Part shown: positions 18,980-27,361 of the stretch, piece by piece
Layout: each line of letters starts with the position of its first letter
Numbering within the stretch: position 1 is the stretch's first letter
DNA from: Nitrososphaerota archaeon
Lineage (GTDB): Archaea; Thermoproteota; Nitrososphaeria; Nitrososphaerales; UBA57
Reading direction: 5' to 3'
Assembly: GCA_024860875.1 (NCBI GenBank)
Contig: JACPSZ010000015.1
Location: 51,325 to 115,324 of the forward strand
Length of the DNA stretch: 64,000 nt
Translations under genes and position numbers: made by a program
The notes under the pieces: generated by a model
Told to the model about the DNA's origin: nothing
What the model saw: only the letters and a program-made list of their open reading frames with translations
Database searches by the model: none

Positions 18980-20143
18980 TCAATTTGCAGTGCAAGCAAG
19001 GTCGGCCCTCATTATCACTAATTCTGCGCTGCGGGAACCCTTTGAAATTAAGGCTTCAACATCAGCTTTTGAGCATGCGATTACCAGATTCGCCTTGTCC
19101 CCCGATAGAACTGGCAATTGTACAATTCCGGAGCCTTTTTCGTAAGAAGGAGGAGAAACTACATCACCAACATAGTCGCTGAGCCTTTCTATCAACAGAT
19201 CATAGACACGCATCTTTTCCCCTCTTATTTCATACCTGTCGAGCGCCCATGCTATTGATATGCTGGTCTTGCTGGCTTTGAGGGTTTTCTTCTTCATAAG
19301 GTTCTTGATCTCGTCCGTAAGATATCGGATATAGCCTTCTATTGCCCTGAGCGTGCCAGAAGCAAGGTACAGAGATGGCTCTCCAGTTTCGAGCGAAGCA
19401 GAAACTGTTCGGAGATCGAATATCCCGTCAGACAGATCGTCTATAAAAGAATCAGAATTCTTCAGTGCCTTGCTAAATTCCTTCCTTTCTTCTGCATCCG
19501 CAACAGCCCTGCAGACCTCGAGTTCAGAAGCTAGCGGGGAATATCTCATTATGACTTCCTTCGCAAAGTGCAATTCTGCCTGCGTAATGGAAAGAATCTG
19601 CGGAGATTTAATGCCAGCGCTCTTAATCATTGACGCGACTTTTTTCGGATCTTTGAGCGAATTGCTTCCAACAGAAACTGCGCTTGCCGTTTTTGGCCAT
19701 AATGGTGCGAATACATATGTGAAATCCTCGTCTGGCTTCAAGCCGCTAGCTCTCTCTATAACCTCAAAATTCTCGGCATTGCCGGCGTGACCCAAAGGCA
19801 GATTGTAAAACAGCATGGAACCCTTTGCAAGGTTTTTCGATAAACCGTTTAGCTTTGATGCGATTTCGCTCTTTGTAGAATCGTCAAATTTCCTAATTTT
19901 TGGAGCAAAGAATAACGCAGTTGCATCAGAAATTGATTCTTCCATCGAGCGTATGCCCAGAAGTGGCTCCTCCTCGAGCAAGTCCTTTGCCGATTTGTAG
20001 TTTTTTGCAATGTCTTGAGTAAATTCTATTGCCTGTTGCAGGTTCTCGTCGATTATGATCGTTTTAACCTTGCTTGCGACAAGAGAAGAAGCTATTTGAT
20101 AGCCTTCAGTGCTCAAGCCATAGACTACCGCGGACTCCACCAA
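18980..20143 (-). CDS. Nucleotide-sugar dehydrogenase-like protein with degenerate NAD-binding motif (tentative)
   Basis: 387-aa ORF; three-part layout and N-terminal AVVYGLSTEGYQIASSLV resemble UDP-sugar 6-dehydrogenases but GxGxxG is lost; context with WbpB/WbpD-like genes. Confidence 0.3.
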   Translation of the reverse strand: MVESAVVYGLSTEGYQIASSLVASKVKTIIIDENLQQAIEFTQDIAKNYKSAKDLLEEEPLLGIRSMEESISDATALFFAPKIRKFDDSTKSEIASKLNGLSKNLAKGSMLFYNLPLGHAGNAENFEVIERASGLKPDEDFTYVFAPLWPKTASAVSVGSNSLKDPKKVASMIKSAGIKSPQILSITQAELHFAKEVIMRYSPLASELEVCRAVADAEERKEFSKALKNSDSFIDDLSDGIFDLRTVSASLETGEPSLYLASGTLRAIEGYIRYLTDEIKNLMKKKTLKASKTSISIAWALDRYEIRGEKMRVYDLLIERLSDYVGDVVSPPSYEKGSGIVQLPVLSGDKANLVIACSKADVEALISKGSRSAELVIMRADLACTAN

Positions 20144-20270
20144 AATGCCTCTGCAGGCCGTTAATGAGCTACACTAAAAACACTTGCGGGAGATTTTTTG
20201 CAAAAAAATTGTTCGTTCAAAATGAACAGCCTTCAGCTTATATTAAATCAACAGCTCGCCTCAAGTCACA

Positions 20271-20915
20271 TTGACCAAGCCAAGTTTAAGTTCGAAGAAA
20301 ACTGCAATACTCTCCCTCGCAGTAGTGTCTCTCGTATTCCTAGTATCATTTACAGTACCAATCATAAGTTTCGGCCAAGCTCAGCAAATGCAAAAGGTGG
20401 ATGAATTCAAATTGGTTCTCAACAATTTCGGTTATAACGGCACAAAAGGAGGGCCAGATATCATAGTGAATCAAGGTGATACCGTCAGAATTATCTTGAC
20501 ATCGGCGGTCACCACAAGACATGACTTTGCACTAGATGCCAACTCCCCCTCTCCATATAACGTAAAATCCGATAGAATATCTGGCTCTAACACGACAACA
20601 GTTGAATTTGTAGCTACCTCTGCTGGGACATTCAAGTACTATTGCAGCGTCAGTCCTACTCACAGAGAAAGGGGATTGGAAGGTAACCTAATAGTAAACG
20701 CTGTAGCTGCTCTACCAGTTGTACCGCCAAATCCAGCTCCTGCTCCTCTACAGCAACCGCAGCAACCAGAACCAGCTCTTGCACCTGCTCCAGAGTATTC
20801 ATCAGGAATCGACCTGACTCTAGCTGCGGGCGTAGTTGCAATCATAGTCGTTATAGGTGTGGTTGTAGCCTTAATGAGGGGACGCAGCAAGCCAAAGGGA
20901 ATGCCGGAAAGTTGA
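20271..20915 (+). CDS. Membrane-anchored cupredoxin-like protein (signal/TM N-terminus, Pro-rich linker, C-terminal TM)
   Basis: 214-aa ORF; TTRHDFALD ... FKYYCSVSPTHRERG (His/Cys/His spacing of a type-1-like Cu site, no obvious Met), PNPAPAPLQQPQQPEPALAPAP linker, hydrophobic tail. Confidence 0.6.
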   Translation: MTKPSLSSKKTAILSLAVVSLVFLVSFTVPIISFGQAQQMQKVDEFKLVLNNFGYNGTKGGPDIIVNQGDTVRIILTSAVTTRHDFALDANSPSPYNVKSDRISGSNTTTVEFVATSAGTFKYYCSVSPTHRERGLEGNLIVNAVAALPVVPPNPAPAPLQQPQQPEPALAPAPEYSSGIDLTLAAGVVAIIVVIGVVVALMRGRSKPKGMPES

Positions 20916-20922
20916 AATAAAA
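20915..20922 (+). promoter_or_regulatory. TATA-like box (AAATAAAA) about 27 nt upstream of tRNA-Thr
   Basis: Spacing to tRNA 5' end at 20945. Confidence 0.35.
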
Positions 20923-20944
20923 GACGTAGATGCGTTTGCGACAG

Positions 20945-21039
20945 GCCTCGGTAACTCAGCCCGGTCTAGAGTGCAGATCAATTGATCGCTCAATTGCCTT
21001 GTAAGCAAGATGTCGAGGGTTCAAATCCCTCCCGAGGCT
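20945..21039 (+). tRNA. tRNA-Thr (anticodon TGT) with a putative 19-nt non-canonical intron (20975-20993) between positions 27 and 28
   Basis: Hand fold: acceptor GCCTCGG/CCGAGGC, D arm ACTC-AGCCCGGTCTA-GAGT, T arm GAGGG-TTCAAAT-CCCTC, U73. An anticodon stem C+TTGC/GCAAG and loop CTTGTAA form only after removing AGATCAATTGATCGCTCAA. Confidence 0.7.
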
Positions 21040-21041
21040 CC

Positions 21042-21046
21042 TTTTT
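21042..21046 (+). terminator. Oligo-T tract right after tRNA-Thr
   Basis: TTTTT 3 nt past the discriminator base; archaeal terminators are oligo-T. Confidence 0.35.
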
Positions 21047-21163
21047 GATCTGTTAACTACACTCTAGTACTATGCTCTTCTGGCTTTATATGGCTCCCCC
21101 CTCTTTTGTGCAGGGGCACGCCCCGTAGGAAATCATGCAGGGACGGGCAAAGCAGAAGATTTT

Positions 21164-21171
21164 CTTATATT
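21164..21171 (+). promoter_or_regulatory. TATA-like box (CTTATATT) about 29 nt upstream of the cdc48 ATG
   Basis: Spacing consistent with a leaderless transcript. Confidence 0.35.
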
Positions 21172-21196
21172 GCAGTTAAGCATAGGCCAGTCTTAG

Positions 21197-23389
21197 ATGG
21201 CCAAGGAAAGGAAGGTCATGGCAGTTCAGTTGAAGGTCGCTGAAGCTAAGCAGAGGGACGTAGGGAAGGGTCGAGCAAGGCTAGACGTTGAAACTATGGA
21301 AGCACTCGAAGTTTCAGCAGGCGACGTAATAGAAATTATTGGTAAAAGGGCAACAGTTGCAACAGCATGGCCTGCAGACCCCGAAGACAGCTCTGCAGGG
21401 ATAATCAGAGTCGATGGACAGAGCAGGAAGAACAGCAACGTTTCTGTAGATGATTTCGTTTCTGTTAGAAGAGCAGATGCAAAGGCTGCAAGGTCTGTAA
21501 CTCTGGCGCCTGTTGGAGGTAAATTGGTAATCGACCCAGACTTCTGCGAGTTTGTAAAGAATAGGCTGAAGGGCTTTGCACTTACCGAAGGCGATGATGC
21601 GACGGTAGTAATACTCGGAAGTCCCATTCTGTTCACCGCCATCAAAATAATTCCCAAACCCATAGTGAAGATTGATCAAAATACAAAGCTGAACATTTCC
21701 AATCAGGCAGTCCCCGAGAAGAAAGGAATAGCTCTAAGCTACGAAGAAATTGGAGGATTAAAAGTGGAAATCAGGAGGCTCAGGGAGATTGCCGAGATTC
21801 CGTTAAGGCACCCAGAAGTATTCCAAAGACTAGGGATAGAGCCTCCGAGCGGGATATTGCTCTACGGTCCTCCGGGATGCGGAAAGACGTTACTGGCAAA
21901 GGCATTGGCAAGCGAGGTAGAAGCAAACTTTCTAGTGGTCAATGGCCCGGAAATCATGAACAAGTACTACGGAGAGACAGAAGGGCGGTTAAGGGAGATA
22001 TTCAAGGAGGGCAAAGAGAACGCTCCGAGCATAATTTTCATTGATGAAATAGATGCCATAGCGCCCAAGAGGGAAGAGGTCTTCGGAGATGTCGAAAAGA
22101 GGGTAGTTGCGCAGCTTCTGGCATTGATGGATGGCTTGTCGGAAAGAGGAGATGTCATAGTAATCGGAGCAACTAATAGACCTGACAGCATCGACCCCGC
22201 ATTAAGGAGACCTGGAAGGTTTGACAGGGAAATTGAGATCAGCGTTCCGAATAGAGAGGGTCGATTAGAAATACTGCAGATTCATACAAGAGGGATGCCG
22301 TTAGCTCCTGACGTGAGCCTGACTCAAGTAGCTTCTGAACTGCACGGCTATACTGGTGCGGATTTGAGGGCTCTCTGCAGGGAAGCAGCACTGAAATCCT
22401 TGAGGAGGTTCTTGCCTGAAATCGAGCTAGAAGGGGAGCAGATTTCCCCAGAGATTTTGGAGGCGATGACGGTCAATGCGCAGGACTTTAGGGATGCACG
22501 AAAGGAGATAGTGCCTACAGCGATGCGGGAATTCTACGTCGAAATTCCCTCCGTGCCTTGGAGCTCGATTGGAGGCTTGGAAGACATCAAGAAGAAGCTC
22601 CAGGAAAACGTGATATGGGCTTTGACAAAGCCAGAAGTATTCCACAAAGTAGGTGTCAAGCCTCCGAGAGGGGTTCTTATGTACGGCCCTCCGGGATGTG
22701 GGAAGACGTTACTGGCAAGAGCCATTGCGACGGAAAGCGGTGCCAATTTCATAACTGTTAGAGGACCTGAGATCCTTTCAAAGTGGGTTGGAGAATCTGA
22801 AAAAGCAGTTAGAGAGATTTTCAGGAAGGCAAGAACCTCAACTCCATGTATCGTATTTTTCGACGAAATAGACTCTATTGCTGCTGGCAGGTCTATGGAG
22901 AGCGAGGACTCTGGAGTTGGAGAGAGAGTGTTGAGCCAGCTTCTTACGGAGATTGACACGATATCAAGCTCCGAGGAAGTTTTTGTTATAGGGGCAACAA
23001 ACAGACCCGACATACTGGACATTTCGCTATTAAGACCGGGAAGGCTCGACCTGCTGATTTACATAAAGCCTTCAGACGAGCAGGCAAGGAAGGAGATACT
23101 CCGCATGATTACGCAGAAGATGCCTATCGGAGAGGGAGTTTCAATAGACGATATAGCTAAAAGGACTGAAGGATATTCTGGTGCTGATCTGGAGGCTCTC
23201 TGCAGGGAAGCAGCTCTGTCATCATTGAGGAGGAATGATACGATCCTAAAGGTTCTTCAAAGTGATTTTGATAACGCACTGTCTGCAGTGAAACCCTCGA
23301 TCTCCAAAGAGGTTGAAGAGTGGTACTCATCATTGTACAAAAGGATTTCAAGCCGGGTTCCAAGAAGAGAGAAAGGGTTCTACGGCTAG
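21197..23389 (+). CDS. cdc48: CDC48/VCP/p97-type AAA+ ATPase (double AAA)
   Basis: 730-aa ORF; N-domain ([20 protein letters not shown]), two [11 protein letters not shown] Walker A and two [16 protein letters not shown] Walker B blocks. Confidence 0.9.
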   Translation: MAKERKVMAVQLKVAEAKQRDVGKGRARLDVETMEALEVSAGDVIEIIGKRATVATAWPADPEDSSAGIIRVDGQSRKNSNVSVDDFVSVRRADAKAARSVTLAPVGGKLVIDPDFCEFVKNRLKGFALTEGDDATVVILGSPILFTAIKIIPKPIVKIDQNTKLNISNQAVPEKKGIALSYEEIGGLKVEIRRLREIAEIPLRHPEVFQRLGIEPPSGILLYGPPGCGKTLLAKALASEVEANFLVVNGPEIMNKYYGETEGRLREIFKEGKENAPSIIFIDEIDAIAPKREEVFGDVEKRVVAQLLALMDGLSERGDVIVIGATNRPDSIDPALRRPGRFDREIEISVPNREGRLEILQIHTRGMPLAPDVSLTQVASELHGYTGADLRALCREAALKSLRRFLPEIELEGEQISPEILEAMTVNAQDFRDARKEIVPTAMREFYVEIPSVPWSSIGGLEDIKKKLQENVIWALTKPEVFHKVGVKPPRGVLMYGPPGCGKTLLARAIATESGANFITVRGPEILSKWVGESEKAVREIFRKARTSTPCIVFFDEIDSIAAGRSMESEDSGVGERVLSQLLTEIDTISSSEEVFVIGATNRPDILDISLLRPGRLDLLIYIKPSDEQARKEILRMITQKMPIGEGVSIDDIAKRTEGYSGADLEALCREAALSSLRRNDTILKVLQSDFDNALSAVKPSISKEVEEWYSSLYKRISSRVPRREKGFYG

Positions 23390-23757
23390 CAGATTTCCAA
23401 AGAAAATAGGTTTTACCCTCCGCCCAAGTCGAAGTTCCTTGGTTCGGGCTCATCGCCAAAACAGTTGTGTTCCTCGAACTGCAAAAAGGACATCTGTTCA
23501 TTGCAGAACGGGCACATTACTAATAGACTGGACATATCTACAGTTGCTTATTATACCGATTGGATATTTTACCTTTTATGCGATAATTTTTGCATCTTTG
23601 GTTAGATACAATTGGAGCAAGTTTTCGTTAGCATACAGAATTTGAAAAAATTGCAAAAGATAACAGTCTTATTGCAAAGATACAGCACATTATCCATGAC
23701 AGGATGGGATTCAGCAACTGTCGAACTTTTCCACACTATAGATCCGCAGTCAATTGT

Positions 23758-24195
23758 CTAGGTTTGCAAGAACTCTGCATAAGCCTGCAAAAGCTGTTCC
23801 CTCGGCATGTTGTACCTTTGCTTGAACTTCAGCCTTATAGGATCTACTTCTGCAAGGACAATTTTTCCTGCAAGGAGCTGCTGCTTGTCAAGCCTTATGA
23901 ATAGGTCTCCATACTCGTTCAAAGAAAGTCCGATTTCTTGTACAATATTATCTTTGACTATTGATGAAAGTCTGCCGAAAAAGCTTTCAGCAAAATCTCT
24001 CGCTTCTACTCCCGTAATATGAGCCTTTACTATTCTTAGAGGATTGCCATAATGCCCCTCGGCACTGCTAACCTCGAATTTGTCAATAGAAGCGGAAAGC
24101 TCCTTTGCAATGGTGACAATTACCTTATCGTAATCCTCCGTAGCGTGCAGAAAGTACACTATCTCAACGGACTTGAACTGCATCTCTTTTGGCAA
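23758..24195 (-). CDS. COG1325/DUF54-type RNA-binding protein (predicted exosome-associated subunit)
   Basis: 145-aa ORF; LHATEDYDKV, GHYGNPL and LFIRLDKQQL recalled as family signatures (from memory). Confidence 0.5.
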   Translation of the reverse strand: MPKEMQFKSVEIVYFLHATEDYDKVIVTIAKELSASIDKFEVSSAEGHYGNPLRIVKAHITGVEARDFAESFFGRLSSIVKDNIVQEIGLSLNEYGDLFIRLDKQQLLAGKIVLAEVDPIRLKFKQRYNMPREQLLQAYAEFLQT

Positions 24196-24245
24196 TGGTA
24201 GCAGTTAAAATAGCAAGGAGTTGATAAGCGTGAAGAGGGATTGTA

Positions 24246-24776
24246 ATGGGCAAAAAGGCACCGAAGCTTGAAGACGTCTTAGCCGAAGAGCTAAGGAGAG
24301 AGATGTTTCTGGATTCGGGCTCGAAGTTCCGCTACGTTGATGACTGGGATACTGTCATGGACTCCATCTACGAATTACCAGTGCAGATGGATGGATACGA
24401 CAAGAAGGTTGCGGACCTAAGGATGATCCAGGAGATGATTTCGGCATTGAGCAAGGGCGACTACGACGACGTAAAAAGATCGGAGAGCAGGAGGAAACAG
24501 ATGAAGCAATTCCATAGTACATTGCACATGTATTACAATTTGATCTTCACAAAGGGAAACGCAAAGACTGGCTATGGAGCGTTAATCTACTTCCCCGACA
24601 TAAGCAAAAGAGACCCCGAGAGGAGTTCAGGAATTGTGCTTGCGGCCAAACATTACTCGAAGGGAAAGGTCAGCAAGATAACCTATGAAAAGGCAAAGTT
24701 CGGGGACTTTTTGATAGAAGTTAAGCCCTACATTGAAATATTGGGCGATCTCTATAGGAAGATAAGGAAACTGTAA
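24246..24776 (+). CDS. Hypothetical protein heading the kae1-bud32 string
   Basis: 176-aa ORF, 11 nt upstream of kae1, no family recognised. Confidence 0.5.
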   Translation: MGKKAPKLEDVLAEELRREMFLDSGSKFRYVDDWDTVMDSIYELPVQMDGYDKKVADLRMIQEMISALSKGDYDDVKRSESRRKQMKQFHSTLHMYYNLIFTKGNAKTGYGALIYFPDISKRDPERSSGIVLAAKHYSKGKVSKITYEKAKFGDFLIEVKPYIEILGDLYRKIRKL

Positions 24777-24787
24777 AGTGAATTGCA

Positions 24788-25774
24788 ATGCTGTGCTTGG
24801 GTATAGAATCCACTGCTCACACTTTTGGAGTTTCGGTAGTTTCGTCAGACGGTAAAGTGCTGTCTGATGTCAAAGACGCTTACAAGGCTCCCCCGGGTTC
24901 TGGAATACACCCTCGTGAGGCTTCGCGGCACCATTCAGAAGCCGCTCCAAAATTAGTGCAGGACGCTCTCGATGTTGCCAAGGTCAGGCTCGATGAAATA
25001 GATGCAATAGCATACTCTGCAGGCCCAGGACTGGGACCTTGCCTGAGGGTCGGAGCTACAGTCGCTAGAGCTCTTGCAAGCTATTACAGGAAACCTCTTG
25101 TCCCTGCAAACCACGCCATTGGGCATATCGAATTAGGATGCTTGCTTTCGGGGGCCAAAGATCCCGTTGTATTATTGGTTTCAGGGGGGCACACTATGAT
25201 AGTTGCCTGCCATTCTGGTAGGTGGAGGGTCTTTGGCGAAACTCTAGACATTACAGTTGGGCAGTTGATAGACCAATTTGGAAGGGAAGCTGGCTTGAGC
25301 TCCCCAGCAGGCCCACAGATAGAGAACCTCGCAAAAGCATCTAACGAATATGTCCCTCTTCCCTATTCGGTGAAGGGCAACGACGTTTCGCTTTCAGGCG
25401 TAATCACATCCGCCAAGAAGCTTATGCACAGTGGCAACAACGTTTCAAAGGTGAGTTTTTCGCTGCAAGAAACTGCGTTTGCGATGCTTACAGAAGTTAC
25501 AGAGAGAGCCTTGGCATTCTCAGAAAAGAAGGAAGTGCTGGTTACGGGAGGAGTAGCGGCAAACTCAAGGCTGAAAGAAATGCTCGACGTTATGTGCAGG
25601 GAACAGGATTCTAAGCTCTACATGATACCCAGAGAAAAGAGCGGAGACTGCGGACTCCAAATAGCTTGGACGGGCATACTTGCATATCAGGCTGGAATCA
25701 CCATTCCGATTGATCAGAGCTTCGTAAAACAGTCTTGGAGGCTTGACAGGGTTGACGCGCCTTGGAGAAACTGA
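24788..25774 (+). CDS. kae1: tRNA N6-adenosine threonylcarbamoyltransferase Kae1
   Basis: 328-aa ORF; LGIESTAHTFGV, HHSE, SAGPGLGPCLRVG, LLVSGGHT, VTGGVAANSRL. Confidence 0.9.
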   Translation: MLCLGIESTAHTFGVSVVSSDGKVLSDVKDAYKAPPGSGIHPREASRHHSEAAPKLVQDALDVAKVRLDEIDAIAYSAGPGLGPCLRVGATVARALASYYRKPLVPANHAIGHIELGCLLSGAKDPVVLLVSGGHTMIVACHSGRWRVFGETLDITVGQLIDQFGREAGLSSPAGPQIENLAKASNEYVPLPYSVKGNDVSLSGVITSAKKLMHSGNNVSKVSFSLQETAFAMLTEVTERALAFSEKKEVLVTGGVAANSRLKEMLDVMCREQDSKLYMIPREKSGDCGLQIAWTGILAYQAGITIPIDQSFVKQSWRLDRVDAPWRN

Positions 25775-26397
25775 TCAGAAAGGGCGCCGAGGCGTCAATC
25801 TACCTTAGTAAGTGGTTTGAATTTTCAGCAATAAGAAAAGAGAGGCTTCCGAAACCCTATAGGCAGAAGTCCCTTGACGATGCGATAAGGACACAGAGAA
25901 CCCTTAGAGAAGCTTTGCTTATTGCCAAAGCCAGGGAGGCCGGAGTTCCTACTCCTTTGATTTACTTTGTCGATCCAAAGAAGGCAGAAATTATCATGCA
26001 GAACCTCGAAGGAAAGAGGCTCAAGGAGATTTTTCTCGAAGATGGTATAGCTCTAAAGAAGAAACTTGCCAAAGATGTTGGGATGATGGTTGCAAAACTC
26101 CACTCTGCAGGGATAGTACATGGAGACCTGACCACTTCCAATTTTATTTTCAATAACAACAAGTTGTTCCTGATTGATTTTGGCTTAGCTTCGCAGAGCA
26201 CAAAACAGGAGGATATGGGCGTTGATTTGAAACTCATCAAGGAGGTTCTGAACAGCGCACACCACAACAACTTCCAGAAACTGTACCCTCAAATTGTTGC
26301 GGGCTACGAAGAGGTTGCTGGCAAGAAAAGGACAAGGAAGATCTTGGAAGTTGTATCTGAAATAGAGCGCAGAGGTAGGTATGCCAGAGTAGAATGA
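25762..26397 (+). CDS. bud32: Bud32 (Kae1-associated RIO-type kinase/ATPase)
   Basis: 211-aa ORF with TTG start overlapping the kae1 stop; KGAEASIY, IVHGDLTTSNFI, LIDFGLA. Confidence 0.8.
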   Translation: MEKLIRKGAEASIYLSKWFEFSAIRKERLPKPYRQKSLDDAIRTQRTLREALLIAKAREAGVPTPLIYFVDPKKAEIIMQNLEGKRLKEIFLEDGIALKKKLAKDVGMMVAKLHSAGIVHGDLTTSNFIFNNNKLFLIDFGLASQSTKQEDMGVDLKLIKEVLNSAHHNNFQKLYPQIVAGYEEVAGKKRTRKILEVVSEIERRGRYARVE

Positions 26398-26954
26398 AGC
26401 TCTACTTTGCAACGGGAAACCAGCACAAGTTTGCAGAGGTGCAAAGAATCATGCAAGAATTCAGCATCGAAGTTGAGCAGATTGACCTGAAGGGAGAAGA
26501 AATTCAAGCCTATAGCGTCCTTGCAGTCGTGGAGGGTTGTGCAAAGAAGATTGCCAAGAAATTTTCAAAACCCTTCATTGTTGAAGATACAAGCCTACAG
26601 GTAGAGTTTCTGAATACCTTTCCCGGGCCTTATTCCTCCTACGTGTACAAAACGATAGGGCCTGCAGGCATTCTCAAACTGCTCGAAGGGGTTGAAGACA
26701 GGAATGCCGAATTTCATTCTGCCATAGCATACGGGGAGAAGGGCGGAGTTTTGAAGAGCGTTGTCGGGATAGCCGAGGGGAAGATAAGCAAGAAAATCAG
26801 GGGTGGAAAAGGGTTCGGATTCGACCCCTTATTTATACCACAAGGCGACAGAAAGACGTTTGGAGAGATGTCGATGGATGAGAAGAACAAGTTTTCGCAT
26901 CGGGCTAAAGCTACAAGAATCATCGGGGAATGGTTATCTGAAAGAAGATCGTAG
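26394..26954 (+). CDS. Non-canonical purine NTP pyrophosphatase (HAM1/RdgB/ITPase)
   Basis: 186-aa ORF overlapping the bud32 stop by 4 nt; FATGNQHK, EDTSL, FGFDPLF, SHRAKA. Confidence 0.85.
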   Translation: MKLYFATGNQHKFAEVQRIMQEFSIEVEQIDLKGEEIQAYSVLAVVEGCAKKIAKKFSKPFIVEDTSLQVEFLNTFPGPYSSYVYKTIGPAGILKLLEGVEDRNAEFHSAIAYGEKGGVLKSVVGIAEGKISKKIRGGKGFGFDPLFIPQGDRKTFGEMSMDEKNKFSHRAKATRIIGEWLSERRS

Positions 26955-27157
26955 CCTTCCAAAAAACTGAAATCTGCCTTTCTTTATGCCTTGCAGCTGG
27001 TGCATCGGAAATTCAGAAACTAACTTCCCAGAACAAGGTCGCTATACTGCTCTTAATCTTCAGCGCCTTTCTGATATTCTTCGACCCTACAGCATCGCTC
27101 ATCTTCGACCTTCCTCGCCAGTTTTTAGAAGTTCTCACTCTAATTTACATAGTCTTA

Positions 27158-27361
27158 GTGCCGCTCTACCTGATCAGAAACAGGCCTGCCTATGTCATAG
27201 GTATATTGGTGGCAGTGTTCGTAGTCTTCTTCTTCAGAACAAGAATTCCGAGTCCATCCTTACCCATAGTGCCCATACTACAGTACTTCCTTGCGTTCTT
27301 TTCTCTGCTTTCTTTTAGGCAGGCCGGTCTCCGAATTGAAACTGCAGAACAGACAGGCTAG
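27158..27361 (+). CDS. Small membrane protein (minimal GTG-start version; frame is open from 26942)
   Basis: 67-aa hydrophobic ORF; upstream in-frame codons continue as TM-like sequence with no canonical start (see findings). Confidence 0.3.
   Translation: MPLYLIRNRPAYVIGILVAVFVVFFFRTRIPSPSLPIVPILQYFLAFFSLLSFRQAGLRIETAEQTG

Noticed and set aside
23157-23501. 114-aa minus-strand ORF starting MNRCPFCSSRN (Zn-ribbon-like start) downstream of cdc48
   Set aside because: It has only one CxxC pair. Two thirds of the ORF runs antisense through the conserved 3' end of cdc48, and the remainder is low-complexity.
26986-27318. 110-aa plus-strand ORF (MPCSWCIGNSETNF...) in the ITPase/npdG gap
   Set aside because: The composition is not protein-like (Ser/Leu/Arg/His-rich, no hydrophobic periodicity). 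The overlapping frame with TM-like sequence is the more plausible coding frame.
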